Assembly: GCA_964424675.1 (NCBI GenBank)
Contig: CAYRJT010000001.1
Location: forward strand, 2,343-40,053
Source: an uncultured Lachnospiraceae bacterium
GTDB taxonomy: Bacteria > Bacillota > Clostridia > Lachnospirales > Lachnospiraceae
Length of the DNA stretch: 37,711 nucleotides
Reading direction: 5' to 3'
Of the stretch, positions 16,213 through 25,308 are shown piece by piece. A model generated the notes under the pieces. That model ran no database searches, had not been told where the DNA came from, and saw only the letters and a list, made by a program, of their open reading frames with translations. The position numbers and the translations under genes are program-made. Position 1 is the first letter of the stretch; each line of letters opens with the position of its first letter.

Positions 16213-17319
16213 TTATTGAATCTCTAAGTTCTTCCAGATATCATCAGGAATCAAAGCGACATAAGTCTTACCTGTATTCAATGTAATCTCTTTTCCATCC
16301 GGATCAAAATACTGTGTTACTGCAAGCTCTTCAGCCTTAGACCATGTAATCGGAAGTGCCTTGCCGTTTGTGATATAGTATCCCTCACGATCATAATCGA
16401 TAGAATGGAACATCATATATCCGTTATCATCAAATACAACATAACGTGCATTCTGCAGAAGAACATTCTTGAATGCTAACTGCTGGTTGTTGTTGCCCGG
16501 ATCAACGTGCTCTGAACCATACTCTGAGTAGTAGTAGAGACCATCCTCTGCGTTGTAATCCAGATACGGCTTGTTGTGCTTATAAGGCAGCTGGATATGT
16601 GATGCATCCTCAGCCTTAGAGTTAGAAGACAAATCTACAGGGCTTGTCTCAGAAGCAAACTGATAATGAGGACCCGGATAGTAATCATTGTATTCCTGTG
16701 TATACTTGGAGTCTGCAAATTTCTTCTCCAGATCTCCTGCTAAAATGTACTCTGTAAATTCTCTTGACTTGCCATTGTCTACACGTGAAAATCCGCCGCT
16801 GAAGTTATTCACATAATCATTTGCAAGATAATCATCAATATAGAACGGGCCGCCGTCATGGCAGATTACTGCATTCCACTCAGGAATCAGCTGCAGGTTT
16901 GTAGGTCTGACACTACGGATAGAACCAAGCTGCTCAATGCTGCCCCAGTCCTTAACGAGAACCATCAGACGTGTAACGCCGTCGTTTGCCATACTGTTTG
17001 TGATTTCATATACGATATCAGCCTTGGATACACCATAGTGCGGAAGAGCTGTCTTCTCATTGTCGACCATGGCTGCAATCGGTCTTTGGTTTTTAATGGT
17101 TTCATCAATCCATTCGTTTGTTAACTCGCTGCGGTACATTCCCTCACGAGATTCCTCCTCTACGGCTACAGGAGCTTCTGTAGGTGTCTGGTCTGTGACA
17201 ACCTCGATAACCGGTTCAGCAACTGCCTCTGCCGGAGCCTCCTCCTTGCCTTTTCCACATCCTGTCATCACCAAACCACAAGCCAGTGCTGTCAGGATGA
17301 TTAAGTTCCACTTCTTCAT
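16213..17319 (-). CDS. DUF3048 (YerB-like) lipoprotein
   Basis: MKKWNLIILTALACGLVMTGCGK is a lipoprotein signal peptide with a lipobox. PIAAMVDNEKTALPHYGVSKADIVYE is typical of DUF3048. GAGAGGAAG RBS. The track start at 17511 adds 64 implausible residues. Confidence 0.8.
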   Translation of the reverse strand: MKKWNLIILTALACGLVMTGCGKGKEEAPAEAVAEPVIEVVTDQTPTEAPVAVEEESREGMYRSELTNEWIDETIKNQRPIAAMVDNEKTALPHYGVSKADIVYEITNSMANDGVTRLMVLVKDWGSIEQLGSIRSVRPTNLQLIPEWNAVICHDGGPFYIDDYLANDYVNNFSGGFSRVDNGKSREFTEYILAGDLEKKFADSKYTQEYNDYYPGPHYQFASETSPVDLSSNSKAEDASHIQLPYKHNKPYLDYNAEDGLYYYSEYGSEHVDPGNNNQQLAFKNVLLQNARYVVFDDNGYMMFHSIDYDREGYYITNGKALPITWSKAEELAVTQYFDPDGKEITLNTGKTYVALIPDDIWKNLEIQ

Positions 17320-17464
17320 AAGTATACTTCCTCTCTTTCTGTTATAAACGATGCAGCTAATGTGATAGCTTTCGTTGACGATTATAACACAAAAGAATCT
17401 GTTCGTCATTACCAAATTTAACATATCTGTAACATTTAATTTTTTTTTTAGAAATACAAATAAG

Positions 17465-17493
17465 TTGTCAGAAATCTCACAAAATGGTATGAT
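17465..17493 (+). promoter_or_regulatory. Candidate sigma-A promoter of the ssnA operon: TTGTCA, 17-nt spacer, TATGAT with TG at the extended -10 position
   Basis: The -35 is at 17465-17470 and the -10 at 17488-17493, preceded by TGG. The leader to the ATG at 17555 is about 60 nt, too short for a riboswitch. Confidence 0.55.
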
Positions 17494-17554
17494 AATAAAT
17501 AGAAAGTTCATGCGAAAACACGGGAATATTTAATGGAATAAGGGAGGTTTTGCC

Positions 17555-18886
17555 ATGTTACTAATTGGAAACGGAAGAATGATTACACGGGATGCTAAGG
17601 CTCCATTTATAGAAAACGGTGCAGTGGTAACAGAGGGACCGAAAATCATAGAAACAGGAGACTACACAGTACTAAAGAAAAAATATCCGGATGCGGAACT
17701 GATCGATGCCAAAGGTGGCGTGATCATGCCTGCATTGATCAATACACATGAGCATATTTATTCGACGATGGCAAGAGGGCTTGCAATCAAAGGGTACAGT
17801 CCGGACGGCTTTCTGGAAATCCTGGATGGCATGTGGTGGAACATAGACAGACACCTGACGCTGGAGCAGACCGGTCTGAGTGCAGAGTCTACCTATATAG
17901 ACTGCATCAAGAACGGTGTCACAACAGTTTTTGATCATCATGCCAGCTATGGTTCCATTCGGGATTCCTTATTCAAAATAGAAGAAGCAGCAAAAAAGAC
18001 AGGAATCAGAAGCTGTCTCTGTTTTGAAATCTCGGATCGTGACGGGGAAGTCAAGATGCGGGATGCCATTTTAGAAAATGAGGCATTTTGCAGACATGCA
18101 CTGTCTGATGATACAGATATGATAGCCGGCATGATGGGACTGCATGCATCCTTTACCCTTTCGGATGACACATTGGCACTGTGCGCGGAGCATAAGCCGG
18201 ATGGGGTTGGATATCATATTCATGTAGCAGAGGGAATCGAGGATCTGTATGATTCTCTGAAGAAGTATGGAAAACGGATCATCGACAGACTGATGGATCA
18301 CGGCATATTAGGAGAGAAGACGCTTACGGCACACTGTATCTATATCAATGAACATGAGATGGATGTCCTGAAGGAAACCGGAACGATGGTTGTACATAAT
18401 CCAGAGTCTAATATGGGAAATGCATGCGGCTGTCCTCCGACGATGAGGATCATACAAAAGGGAATCCTGACCGGGCTTGGAACAGACGGCTATACACATG
18501 ACATGCTGGAATCCTACAAGGTGGCCAATATCCTGCATAAGCATCATCTGTGCGATCCGGGAGCCGCCTGGGCAGAGATCCCGCAGATGCTGTTTGAGGG
18601 CAACGCGCAGATTGCAGGACGTTATTTTAAAAGACCGCTGGGCGTGCTGAAGGAGGGTGCGGCAGCGGATGTAATCATTACAGATTATATCCCGATCACT
18701 CCAATGAATGCGGACAATCTCAATGGACATATCTTATTTGGAATGAGTGGACGCAGTGTTGTTACAACGGTAGCGAATGGACAGGTGCTGATGAAGGACA
18801 GATGTCTGACTCAGATTGATGAGGAAGAGACACTGGCACATGTCAGAGAAGCAGCAAAGAAATTAGCAAATTCCATCAATGTATAA
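17555..18886 (+). CDS. ssnA: SsnA-type amidohydrolase (chlorohydrolase/aminohydrolase superfamily)
   Basis: 443 aa, collinear with E. coli SsnA: MPALINTHEHIYS, WWNIDRHL, FDHHAS, HIHVAEG, LTAHCIY, VHNPESNM, LGTDG. GGGAGG RBS. Confidence 0.9.
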   Translation: MLLIGNGRMITRDAKAPFIENGAVVTEGPKIIETGDYTVLKKKYPDAELIDAKGGVIMPALINTHEHIYSTMARGLAIKGYSPDGFLEILDGMWWNIDRHLTLEQTGLSAESTYIDCIKNGVTTVFDHHASYGSIRDSLFKIEEAAKKTGIRSCLCFEISDRDGEVKMRDAILENEAFCRHALSDDTDMIAGMMGLHASFTLSDDTLALCAEHKPDGVGYHIHVAEGIEDLYDSLKKYGKRIIDRLMDHGILGEKTLTAHCIYINEHEMDVLKETGTMVVHNPESNMGNACGCPPTMRIIQKGILTGLGTDGYTHDMLESYKVANILHKHHLCDPGAAWAEIPQMLFEGNAQIAGRYFKRPLGVLKEGAAADVIITDYIPITPMNADNLNGHILFGMSGRSVVTTVANGQVLMKDRCLTQIDEEETLAHVREAAKKLANSINV

Positions 18887-18899
18887 AGGAGGCGGCTAT

Positions 18900-21800
18900 A
18901 TGGGCGACAGAATGACACCGATCCCATTTTCAAAACTCGTGGATCAGATACTGACAGAAAAGCAACAGGGAAGCATATTCGGAATTCGCGATTTATATGT
19001 GGCGAAGCAGAATCATACCCTCTCTTTATTTGGAGAGAAGATGGAAACACCATTTGGCCCGGCAGCGGGACCGCATACACAGCTTGCTCAGAATATTATA
19101 GCAGCTTATGCGGCCGGAGCCCGTTTCTTTGAACTGAAGACGGTCCAGAAGCTGGACGGTGAAGATCTGCCAGTCAGCAAGCCATGTATCAAGGCAGATG
19201 ATGAGGGTTATAACGTAGAATGGTCTACTGAGTTAACAGTACAGCAGGCATTTGATGAATATGTCAAAGCATGGTTCGCTATCAAGCTTATGGCCAAAGA
19301 ATTCGGAATCGGTGCTATGGATGGCTTTATTTTTAATATGAGTGTCGGTTATGATCTGGATGGTATCAAGCTGAAAAAGATTGATGATTTTATGGAGGGT
19401 CTTAAGGACGCTTCTGACACACCGATATTCCGGGAATGCCGTGCATTTACACTGGAGCATCTGGAACTGTTCACGGATATTACCGAAGAGGATGTGCAGT
19501 CCATTTCTCCTCATATCTGTACGTCAGCAACGCTGTCTACCCTGCATGGCTGTCCGCCACAGGAGATCGAACGTATTGCTACCTATTTAATGAAGGAAAA
19601 GCATCTGAATACATTTATCAAATGCAACCCAACTCTGCTCGGCTATGAATTTGCCAGACGTACACTGGATGATATGGGATATGATTATGTATCGTTTGGT
19701 GAGTTTCATTTCCAGGATGATCTGCAGTATGCCGATGCAGTACCGATGCTGAGTCGCCTGACGGAGCTTGCAGAGCAGGAGAAGCTGGAGTTTGGAGTTA
19801 AGCTCACCAATACATTTCCGGTGGATATCAAGGCAGAAGAATTACCGGGACAGGAAATGTATATGTCAGGACGTGCCCTGTATCCACTTTCAATCGCATT
19901 GGCAGCTAAATTATCAGAGGAATTCAAAGGAAAGCTGCGGATTTCGTATTCCGGAGGCGCAGATTATCATAATATCAAGAAAATATTCGAGACGGGTATC
20001 TGGCCGATCACGATGGCGACGACTCTGTTAAAGCCCGGCGGATACCAAAGGATGACACAGATCGGTGATCTGCTCGGACAAGGACATGAAGGCTATCCGG
20101 AAGATCACGGTATCGACGTAGAGAAGGTCAAGGCACTGGCAAAGAACGCAAGACGGGATAGAAATCATAGAAAACCTGTCAAGCTGCCGGTTTCACGCAA
20201 GATGGAGCGCAAGGTTCCACTGATTGACTGCTTTGTGGCACCCTGCAGAGAGGGTTGTCCGATTCATCAGGATATCACTGCCTATATGGAACTGGTATCA
20301 CGCGGCGAATATGCCAAGGCGCTGTATGTGATTATGGAAAAAAATCCGCTTCCTTATATAACGGGCACAATCTGTGCGCACAGATGTATGAGTAAATGTA
20401 CCAGAAACTTCTATGAGGAGCCGGTACATATCCGGAAAATGAAGCTTCGTGCGGCACGTGGCGGCTACGATGCAGTACTGGCAGGACATTCTGAGGGAAC
20501 GAAGGACAAAGGCAGAGTGGCCATCATCGGCGCAGGACCGGCAGGTATCTCGGCAGCTTATTTTCTGGCTCGTGCAGGCATGGATGTAACGATTTTTGAA
20601 AAGAAAGAGGTTCCAGGTGGAGTGGTCAGACATGTGATACCGGAGTTTAGGATCTCATCAGAGGATGTGATGAAGGATATCGCCTTTGTGGAAAAGCTGG
20701 GAGTGCAGATTGAGGTAAATTCGCCGGTTCATACGATTGATGAATTGAAAGAAAAGGGCTTTAGAAAGATCATCGTGGCGATCGGTGCAGGCAAGGAGGG
20801 CATCCTGTCATTGAAGTCAGGCTCTTCAATCAGTGCAGTTACATTTCTCGAGGATTTCAAGAATACAGAAGGCAGTATGGATATTGGCAGTCAGGTCGTA
20901 GTTGTCGGAGGCGGAAACACAGCGATGGATACGGCACGTGCTGCGATCCGTGTAGATGGTGTGGAGAAGGTGACGCTGATCTATCGCAGGACAAAGAGAT
21001 ATATGCCGGCGGATGAGGAAGAATTGCTGCTCGCGATAGAGGAAGGCGTGGAGTTCATGGAACTGCTGACCCCTGTCAGCTTTGAGAACGGAACACTGAC
21101 CTGTCACCGGATCGAGCTCGGAGAACCGGATGCAACCGGTCGCCGGAGTCCGGTCGAGACAGAAGAGGTGATAGAGATACCGGCAGATGTCGTGATTGGT
21201 GCAGTGGGAGAACACATTGACGATGACTTCTATAAATCAAACAATATCATGATGACGTATGGAGGAAAACCAGCGGTAGATGCCGAAACCCTGCAGAGTT
21301 CGGTTCCGGGTGTTTATATCATTGGAGATGGACGTGGTGGTCCGGCTACGGTTGTTGAGGCAATTGCAGATGCAACCAGAGTATCAGAGGCAATTTTATC
21401 AGAACGGATGTCACGGGATGTCAATGAGGAGAAGGATTTACGGGATATTTATGAGAAACACGGTGTCATTTGTGATTCCATAGATGGAGCTGTGAATACG
21501 ACGACAACGGAGCAAAGGGCAAAAGCCGAGTATGAGAGATGCTTGTCCTGCTTTGCTGTTTGCGAGGCCTGTGTGGAGGCATGCCCGAATCGAGCCAACA
21601 TATCTGTTCGTATTCCGGGTAAAGAAAAATCGCAGATTCTTCATATCGACCAGAGATGTAATGAATGCGGCAACTGCAGAACATTTTGCCCGTATGACAG
21701 TGCGCCGTATCTCGATAAGCTGACGTTATTTGCGACGGAAGCAGATTTTGATCACAGTAAGAATCAGGGATTTGTACTGCTGGATCCCGATAAACAGATA

Positions 21801-21923
21801 TTGAAACTGCGGCTGGGCGAACGTCATTATACGATAGAAGGCTTTGAAGCAGAAAGTCATGTGGATCCGCAGATTATGAATCTCATAGAGACCGTGTATC
21901 ACAAATATAGATATTTATTCTAA
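18900..21923 (+). CDS. ygfK: YgfK-type large Fe-S flavoprotein oxidoreductase (annotated in E. coli as putative selenate reductase subunit)
   Basis: The N-terminal region is a DPD/DHOD-like barrel. Two dinucleotide sites are present, VAIIGAGPAGISAAYFLARAG and VVVVGGGNTAMDTARAA. Cys clusters are CREGCPIHQD, CLSCFAVCEACVEACP and CNECGNCRTFCP. AAGGAGG lies before the ATG at 18900. Confidence 0.9.
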   Translation: MGDRMTPIPFSKLVDQILTEKQQGSIFGIRDLYVAKQNHTLSLFGEKMETPFGPAAGPHTQLAQNIIAAYAAGARFFELKTVQKLDGEDLPVSKPCIKADDEGYNVEWSTELTVQQAFDEYVKAWFAIKLMAKEFGIGAMDGFIFNMSVGYDLDGIKLKKIDDFMEGLKDASDTPIFRECRAFTLEHLELFTDITEEDVQSISPHICTSATLSTLHGCPPQEIERIATYLMKEKHLNTFIKCNPTLLGYEFARRTLDDMGYDYVSFGEFHFQDDLQYADAVPMLSRLTELAEQEKLEFGVKLTNTFPVDIKAEELPGQEMYMSGRALYPLSIALAAKLSEEFKGKLRISYSGGADYHNIKKIFETGIWPITMATTLLKPGGYQRMTQIGDLLGQGHEGYPEDHGIDVEKVKALAKNARRDRNHRKPVKLPVSRKMERKVPLIDCFVAPCREGCPIHQDITAYMELVSRGEYAKALYVIMEKNPLPYITGTICAHRCMSKCTRNFYEEPVHIRKMKLRAARGGYDAVLAGHSEGTKDKGRVAIIGAGPAGISAAYFLARAGMDVTIFEKKEVPGGVVRHVIPEFRISSEDVMKDIAFVEKLGVQIEVNSPVHTIDELKEKGFRKIIVAIGAGKEGILSLKSGSSISAVTFLEDFKNTEGSMDIGSQVVVVGGGNTAMDTARAAIRVDGVEKVTLIYRRTKRYMPADEEELLLAIEEGVEFMELLTPVSFENGTLTCHRIELGEPDATGRRSPVETEEVIEIPADVVIGAVGEHIDDDFYKSNNIMMTYGGKPAVDAETLQSSVPGVYIIGDGRGGPATVVEAIADATRVSEAILSERMSRDVNEEKDLRDIYEKHGVICDSIDGAVNTTTTEQRAKAEYERCLSCFAVCEACVEACPNRANISVRIPGKEKSQILHIDQRCNECGNCRTFCPYDSAPYLDKLTLFATEADFDHSKNQGFVLLDPDKQILKLRLGERHYTIEGFEAESHVDPQIMNLIETVYHKYRYLF

Positions 21924-21936
21924 ATGAGGGATGAAA

Positions 21937-23313
21937 ATGGCAGACAGATATTTGATTGCTGGAGGACAAATTATCTCCGGCGGTGGCAGCAGGACGGCCG
22001 ATATTCTGATCGATAACGGCAGGATCGAAAAAATAGGTGAGGATCTGGCAGATATGACTGCAAGACGTATTGATGCGTCCGGCAGGCTGATCTTCCCCGG
22101 CTTTATTGATGCACATACACACTTTGATCTGGAAGTGTCCGATACAGTGACGGCGGATGACTTTGAATCAGGGACAAAGGCGGCCATAGCAGGAGGAACC
22201 ACCTGTATCATTGATTTTGCGACACAGTACAAGAAGGAAACATTATCAGAGGCTCTGGCAACATGGCACAAAAAAGCCGATGGTGTCTGCTCCTCAGATT
22301 ATGCATTTCATATGGCGATATCTGATTGGAATGAGAATACCGCAGAGGAAATCAAGGAGATGTTTGCAGGCGGAGTGACATCCTTCAAATTGTATATGAC
22401 TTATGACATCAGAGTCAGCGATGGCGTGATTTATGATATTCTGAAGAAAATGAAAGCAGTGGGCGGTATTGTAGGTGTGCACTGTGAGAACAATGATCTT
22501 ATCAACAGACTGGCAGGAGAGCAAAAATCTGCCGGAGATTACTCACCGGCGGCACATCCGAAGTCACGTCCGGCCTGTGCCGAGGCTGAGGCGATACATC
22601 GTCTGCTGACAATTGCCAGAGTGGTTGATGTACCGGTCATGATTGTTCATCTTTCTTCGGAGGAGGGCTATGAAGAGGTTTGCCGCGCGAGAGAAAAAGG
22701 ACAAAAGGTGTACACGGAGACCTGTCCGCAGTATCTGATTCTGGATGAGAGCAGATACCAGCTGGAGGATTTTGAAGGTGCGAAATATGTATGCTCGCCG
22801 CCTCTCAGGAGCAGACAGGATAAGGAATGTCTCTGGCAGGCTGTCAGGGACGGGCAGATCGATACGATATCAACAGATCATTGTTCCTTTACCATGGCAC
22901 AGAAAAGGATGGGGATCAAAGATTTTACAAAGATTCCAAACGGCATGCCCGGAGTGGGCAACAGACCGCAGCTGATGTATACCTATGGAGTGCTGGAGGA
23001 CAGAATGACAGTGTCCCAGATGTGCAGACTACTGTCAGAGAATCCGGCAAAGCTTTATGGCATGTATCCGCGAAAGGGCTGTATTGCAGAGGGCTCAGAT
23101 GCGGATATTGTCATCTGGAATCCGGCTTACAGAAGAACCATCACAGCCGAGGGACAACTGTATCAGACTGATTATAACCCCTATGAGGGGATCAAGGTCA
23201 GAGGCATGGCAGAGAGGGTGTTTTTAAGAGGCATGCCGGTAGCAGAAAAGGGCGAGATAACAAAACCGAATACAGACTGCTATATCAAGCGGGAGGAAGG
23301 AATCAGGATATGA
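21937..23313 (+). CDS. hyuA: D-hydantoinase / dihydropyrimidinase family cyclic amidohydrolase (HyuA-like)
   Basis: PGFIDAHTHFDL, FKLYMTY (carbamylated-Lys region), VHCEN, VHLSS, DHCSF. About 458 aa like E. coli HyuA. Alternative ATG at 21931. Confidence 0.85.
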   Translation: MADRYLIAGGQIISGGGSRTADILIDNGRIEKIGEDLADMTARRIDASGRLIFPGFIDAHTHFDLEVSDTVTADDFESGTKAAIAGGTTCIIDFATQYKKETLSEALATWHKKADGVCSSDYAFHMAISDWNENTAEEIKEMFAGGVTSFKLYMTYDIRVSDGVIYDILKKMKAVGGIVGVHCENNDLINRLAGEQKSAGDYSPAAHPKSRPACAEAEAIHRLLTIARVVDVPVMIVHLSSEEGYEEVCRAREKGQKVYTETCPQYLILDESRYQLEDFEGAKYVCSPPLRSRQDKECLWQAVRDGQIDTISTDHCSFTMAQKRMGIKDFTKIPNGMPGVGNRPQLMYTYGVLEDRMTVSQMCRLLSENPAKLYGMYPRKGCIAEGSDADIVIWNPAYRRTITAEGQLYQTDYNPYEGIKVRGMAERVFLRGMPVAEKGEITKPNTDCYIKREEGIRI

Positions 23314-24365
23314 AACTGATCAAAACAGAAGATGCTGTCGGGCATGTACTGTGTCATGATATCACGCAGATCATCAAAGGTGTGACCAAGGATGCTGTAT
23401 TCCGTAAAGGGCATGTGGTTCAGAAGGAGGATATTCCTGTGTTGCTGTCTGTGGGCAAGGAACATCTGTATGTATGGGAAAAGAGAGAGGACATGCTTCA
23501 TGAGGACGAAGCAGCTCTGATTTTATATGAGATCTGTGTGGGCAATCATATGCATGCCGGTGAGATCAAGGAAGGTAAGATCGAGCTGATTGCGGACTGT
23601 GATGGCCTGCTAAAGGTGGATAGTGAACGTCTGCGTGCAATCAACATGGTCGGTGAGATGATGATTGCGACCAGACACGGCAATACAACCGTGCACAAAG
23701 GAGATAAGCTGGCAGGAACCCGGGTAATTCCACTGATGATTGAAAAGAAGCGTATGGAACATGCTCGTGGTATTGCGGAGGAATATAAGAAAAACAGCGG
23801 TGGACTTCCGATGCTGGATGTGAAACCTTTTTTGCACAAGAAGGTGGGAATCGTGACGACCGGTTCCGAAGTTTATCATGGACGTATTGAAGATACATTT
23901 ACGCCGGTCATTTTAGACAAACTGGCACAGTTTGATACGGAGATTATTGGTCAGAAAATTTGTGATGATGATTCGGCAGGGATTACAGCAGCCATTCAGG
24001 AATGGATACAGCAGGGCGCTGATCTGGTCATCTGTACCGGCGGTATGAGTGTAGATCCGGATGACAGGACTCCGCTTGCAATCAAAAATGCATGCAGCAA
24101 GGATCAGAAAGGACATGTTGTAAGCTATGGTGCGCCGGTACTGCCGGGGGCGATGTTTCTGCTTGCATATAACGATGCCGGGATTCCGGTGATCGGACTT
24201 CCGGGCTGTGTGATGTATGCGAAAAGAACGATTTTTGATCTGATTCTGCCGAGACTGATGGCAGACGAGAAACTGACTGCTGCTGATATCAATTGTCTGG
24301 GAGAGGGAGGCCTGTGTCTGTCCTGCGAGGTCTGTACCTTCCCGAACTGTGGTTTCGGCAAATAG
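23310..24365 (+). CDS. Molybdopterin-binding protein (MoeA-N-like segment plus MoaB/MogA-type MoCF domain) with a Cys-rich tail
   Basis: The KTEDAVGHVLCHDI opening is MoeA-like. VGIVTTGSEV...ADLVICTGGMSVDPDDRTP is the MoCF-binding fold. The tail is CLGEGGLCLSCEVCTFPNC. The start overlaps the hyuA stop (ATGA at 23310-23313). Confidence 0.7.
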   Translation: MKLIKTEDAVGHVLCHDITQIIKGVTKDAVFRKGHVVQKEDIPVLLSVGKEHLYVWEKREDMLHEDEAALILYEICVGNHMHAGEIKEGKIELIADCDGLLKVDSERLRAINMVGEMMIATRHGNTTVHKGDKLAGTRVIPLMIEKKRMEHARGIAEEYKKNSGGLPMLDVKPFLHKKVGIVTTGSEVYHGRIEDTFTPVILDKLAQFDTEIIGQKICDDDSAGITAAIQEWIQQGADLVICTGGMSVDPDDRTPLAIKNACSKDQKGHVVSYGAPVLPGAMFLLAYNDAGIPVIGLPGCVMYAKRTIFDLILPRLMADEKLTAADINCLGEGGLCLSCEVCTFPNCGFGK

Positions 24366-24415
24366 CCGTGGAGTATGTCAGAGTTCATAAATATGGAGCA
24401 AATGGAGCAAAATGA

Positions 24416-25264
24416 ATGAGTATCGCACAAAGTAAGTTTAAGGATATTATGATACAGCAGGATGAACTGATCGTATGCGGTGGAGGACATGTTTCCATTC
24501 CGATTATCAAAATAGGAAAGATGCTCGATTTCAGTGTAACCGTTTTGGAGGACAGACCACTTTATGCTGATCACGTAAGAGCCGCAGGTGCCGACCGCGT
24601 GATCTGTGATACGTTTAGGGACGCACTTTCACAGATTGATGGCGGATCAAATGTATATTTTGTCGTTGTGACACGAGGGCACAGGTATGATATGGAATGT
24701 CTGCGCTCTATTTTTGAAAAGAAGTATGCTTATGCAGGCATGATGGGGTCGAGAGTACGATCCGGAGAGGTCAGAAAAGCATTGGCAGCAGAGGGCATAT
24801 CGGAGGTTGAGATTGCAAAGTTGCATAGTCCGATCGGACTGCCGATCGGGGGAGAGACCCCTGAGGAAATAGCGGTTTCGGTGATGGCTGAGATTGTACA
24901 GGTCAGAGACCAGATTCGCAAGGAGAAGAAAGCTGATGGCTATACACATGAGATCCTGCAGGCACTTCTTGCGGATGACGACAGAAGCAGATGTCTGGTG
25001 ACGATCATTTCCAGAAAAGGCTCTGCACCCAGAAGCGTCGGAACCAAAATGGTGGTTTTCGAAGACGGAGTCTGTACAGGGACGATTGGCGGAGGCTGTG
25101 TAGAGGCACAGGTGATGCAGGAAGCGCTGCATATGATGCGAGGAGCAGCGGAAGAAAGCAGGACGCTTAAAATCAACATGCTGCCGGAGCAGGCTGAGGA
25201 GGAAGGGATGGTCTGCGGAGGGATTGTAGAGATTTCACTTGATGTGATTGATCTGAAAGTATAA
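24416..25264 (+). CDS. XdhC/CoxI-family molybdenum-hydroxylase maturation protein with apparently reversed domain order
   Basis: Residues 17-165 match the XdhC Rossmann-like C-domain (LIVCGGGHVSIP, VTRGHRYD, GMMGSRVR, HSPIGLPIGGETPEEIAVSVMAEIV). Residues about 185-280 match the XdhC_CoxI N-domain (LVTIISRKGSAPRSVGTKMVV, GTIGGGCVEAQV, MVCGGIVEI). Confidence 0.7.
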   Translation: MSIAQSKFKDIMIQQDELIVCGGGHVSIPIIKIGKMLDFSVTVLEDRPLYADHVRAAGADRVICDTFRDALSQIDGGSNVYFVVVTRGHRYDMECLRSIFEKKYAYAGMMGSRVRSGEVRKALAAEGISEVEIAKLHSPIGLPIGGETPEEIAVSVMAEIVQVRDQIRKEKKADGYTHEILQALLADDDRSRCLVTIISRKGSAPRSVGTKMVVFEDGVCTGTIGGGCVEAQVMQEALHMMRGAAEESRTLKINMLPEQAEEEGMVCGGIVEISLDVIDLKV

Positions 25265-25308
25265 TATAGCAGTTGAATATTTCGGGTGATAGAAAGGATG
25301 CAATCAGG

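Noticed and set aside
4293-25264. Selenocysteine recoding (in-frame TGA with a downstream hairpin) in the selenium-linked cluster.
   Set aside because: All cluster genes read through as single uninterrupted ORFs of the expected lengths. No pair of adjacent same-frame ORFs is split by a TGA.
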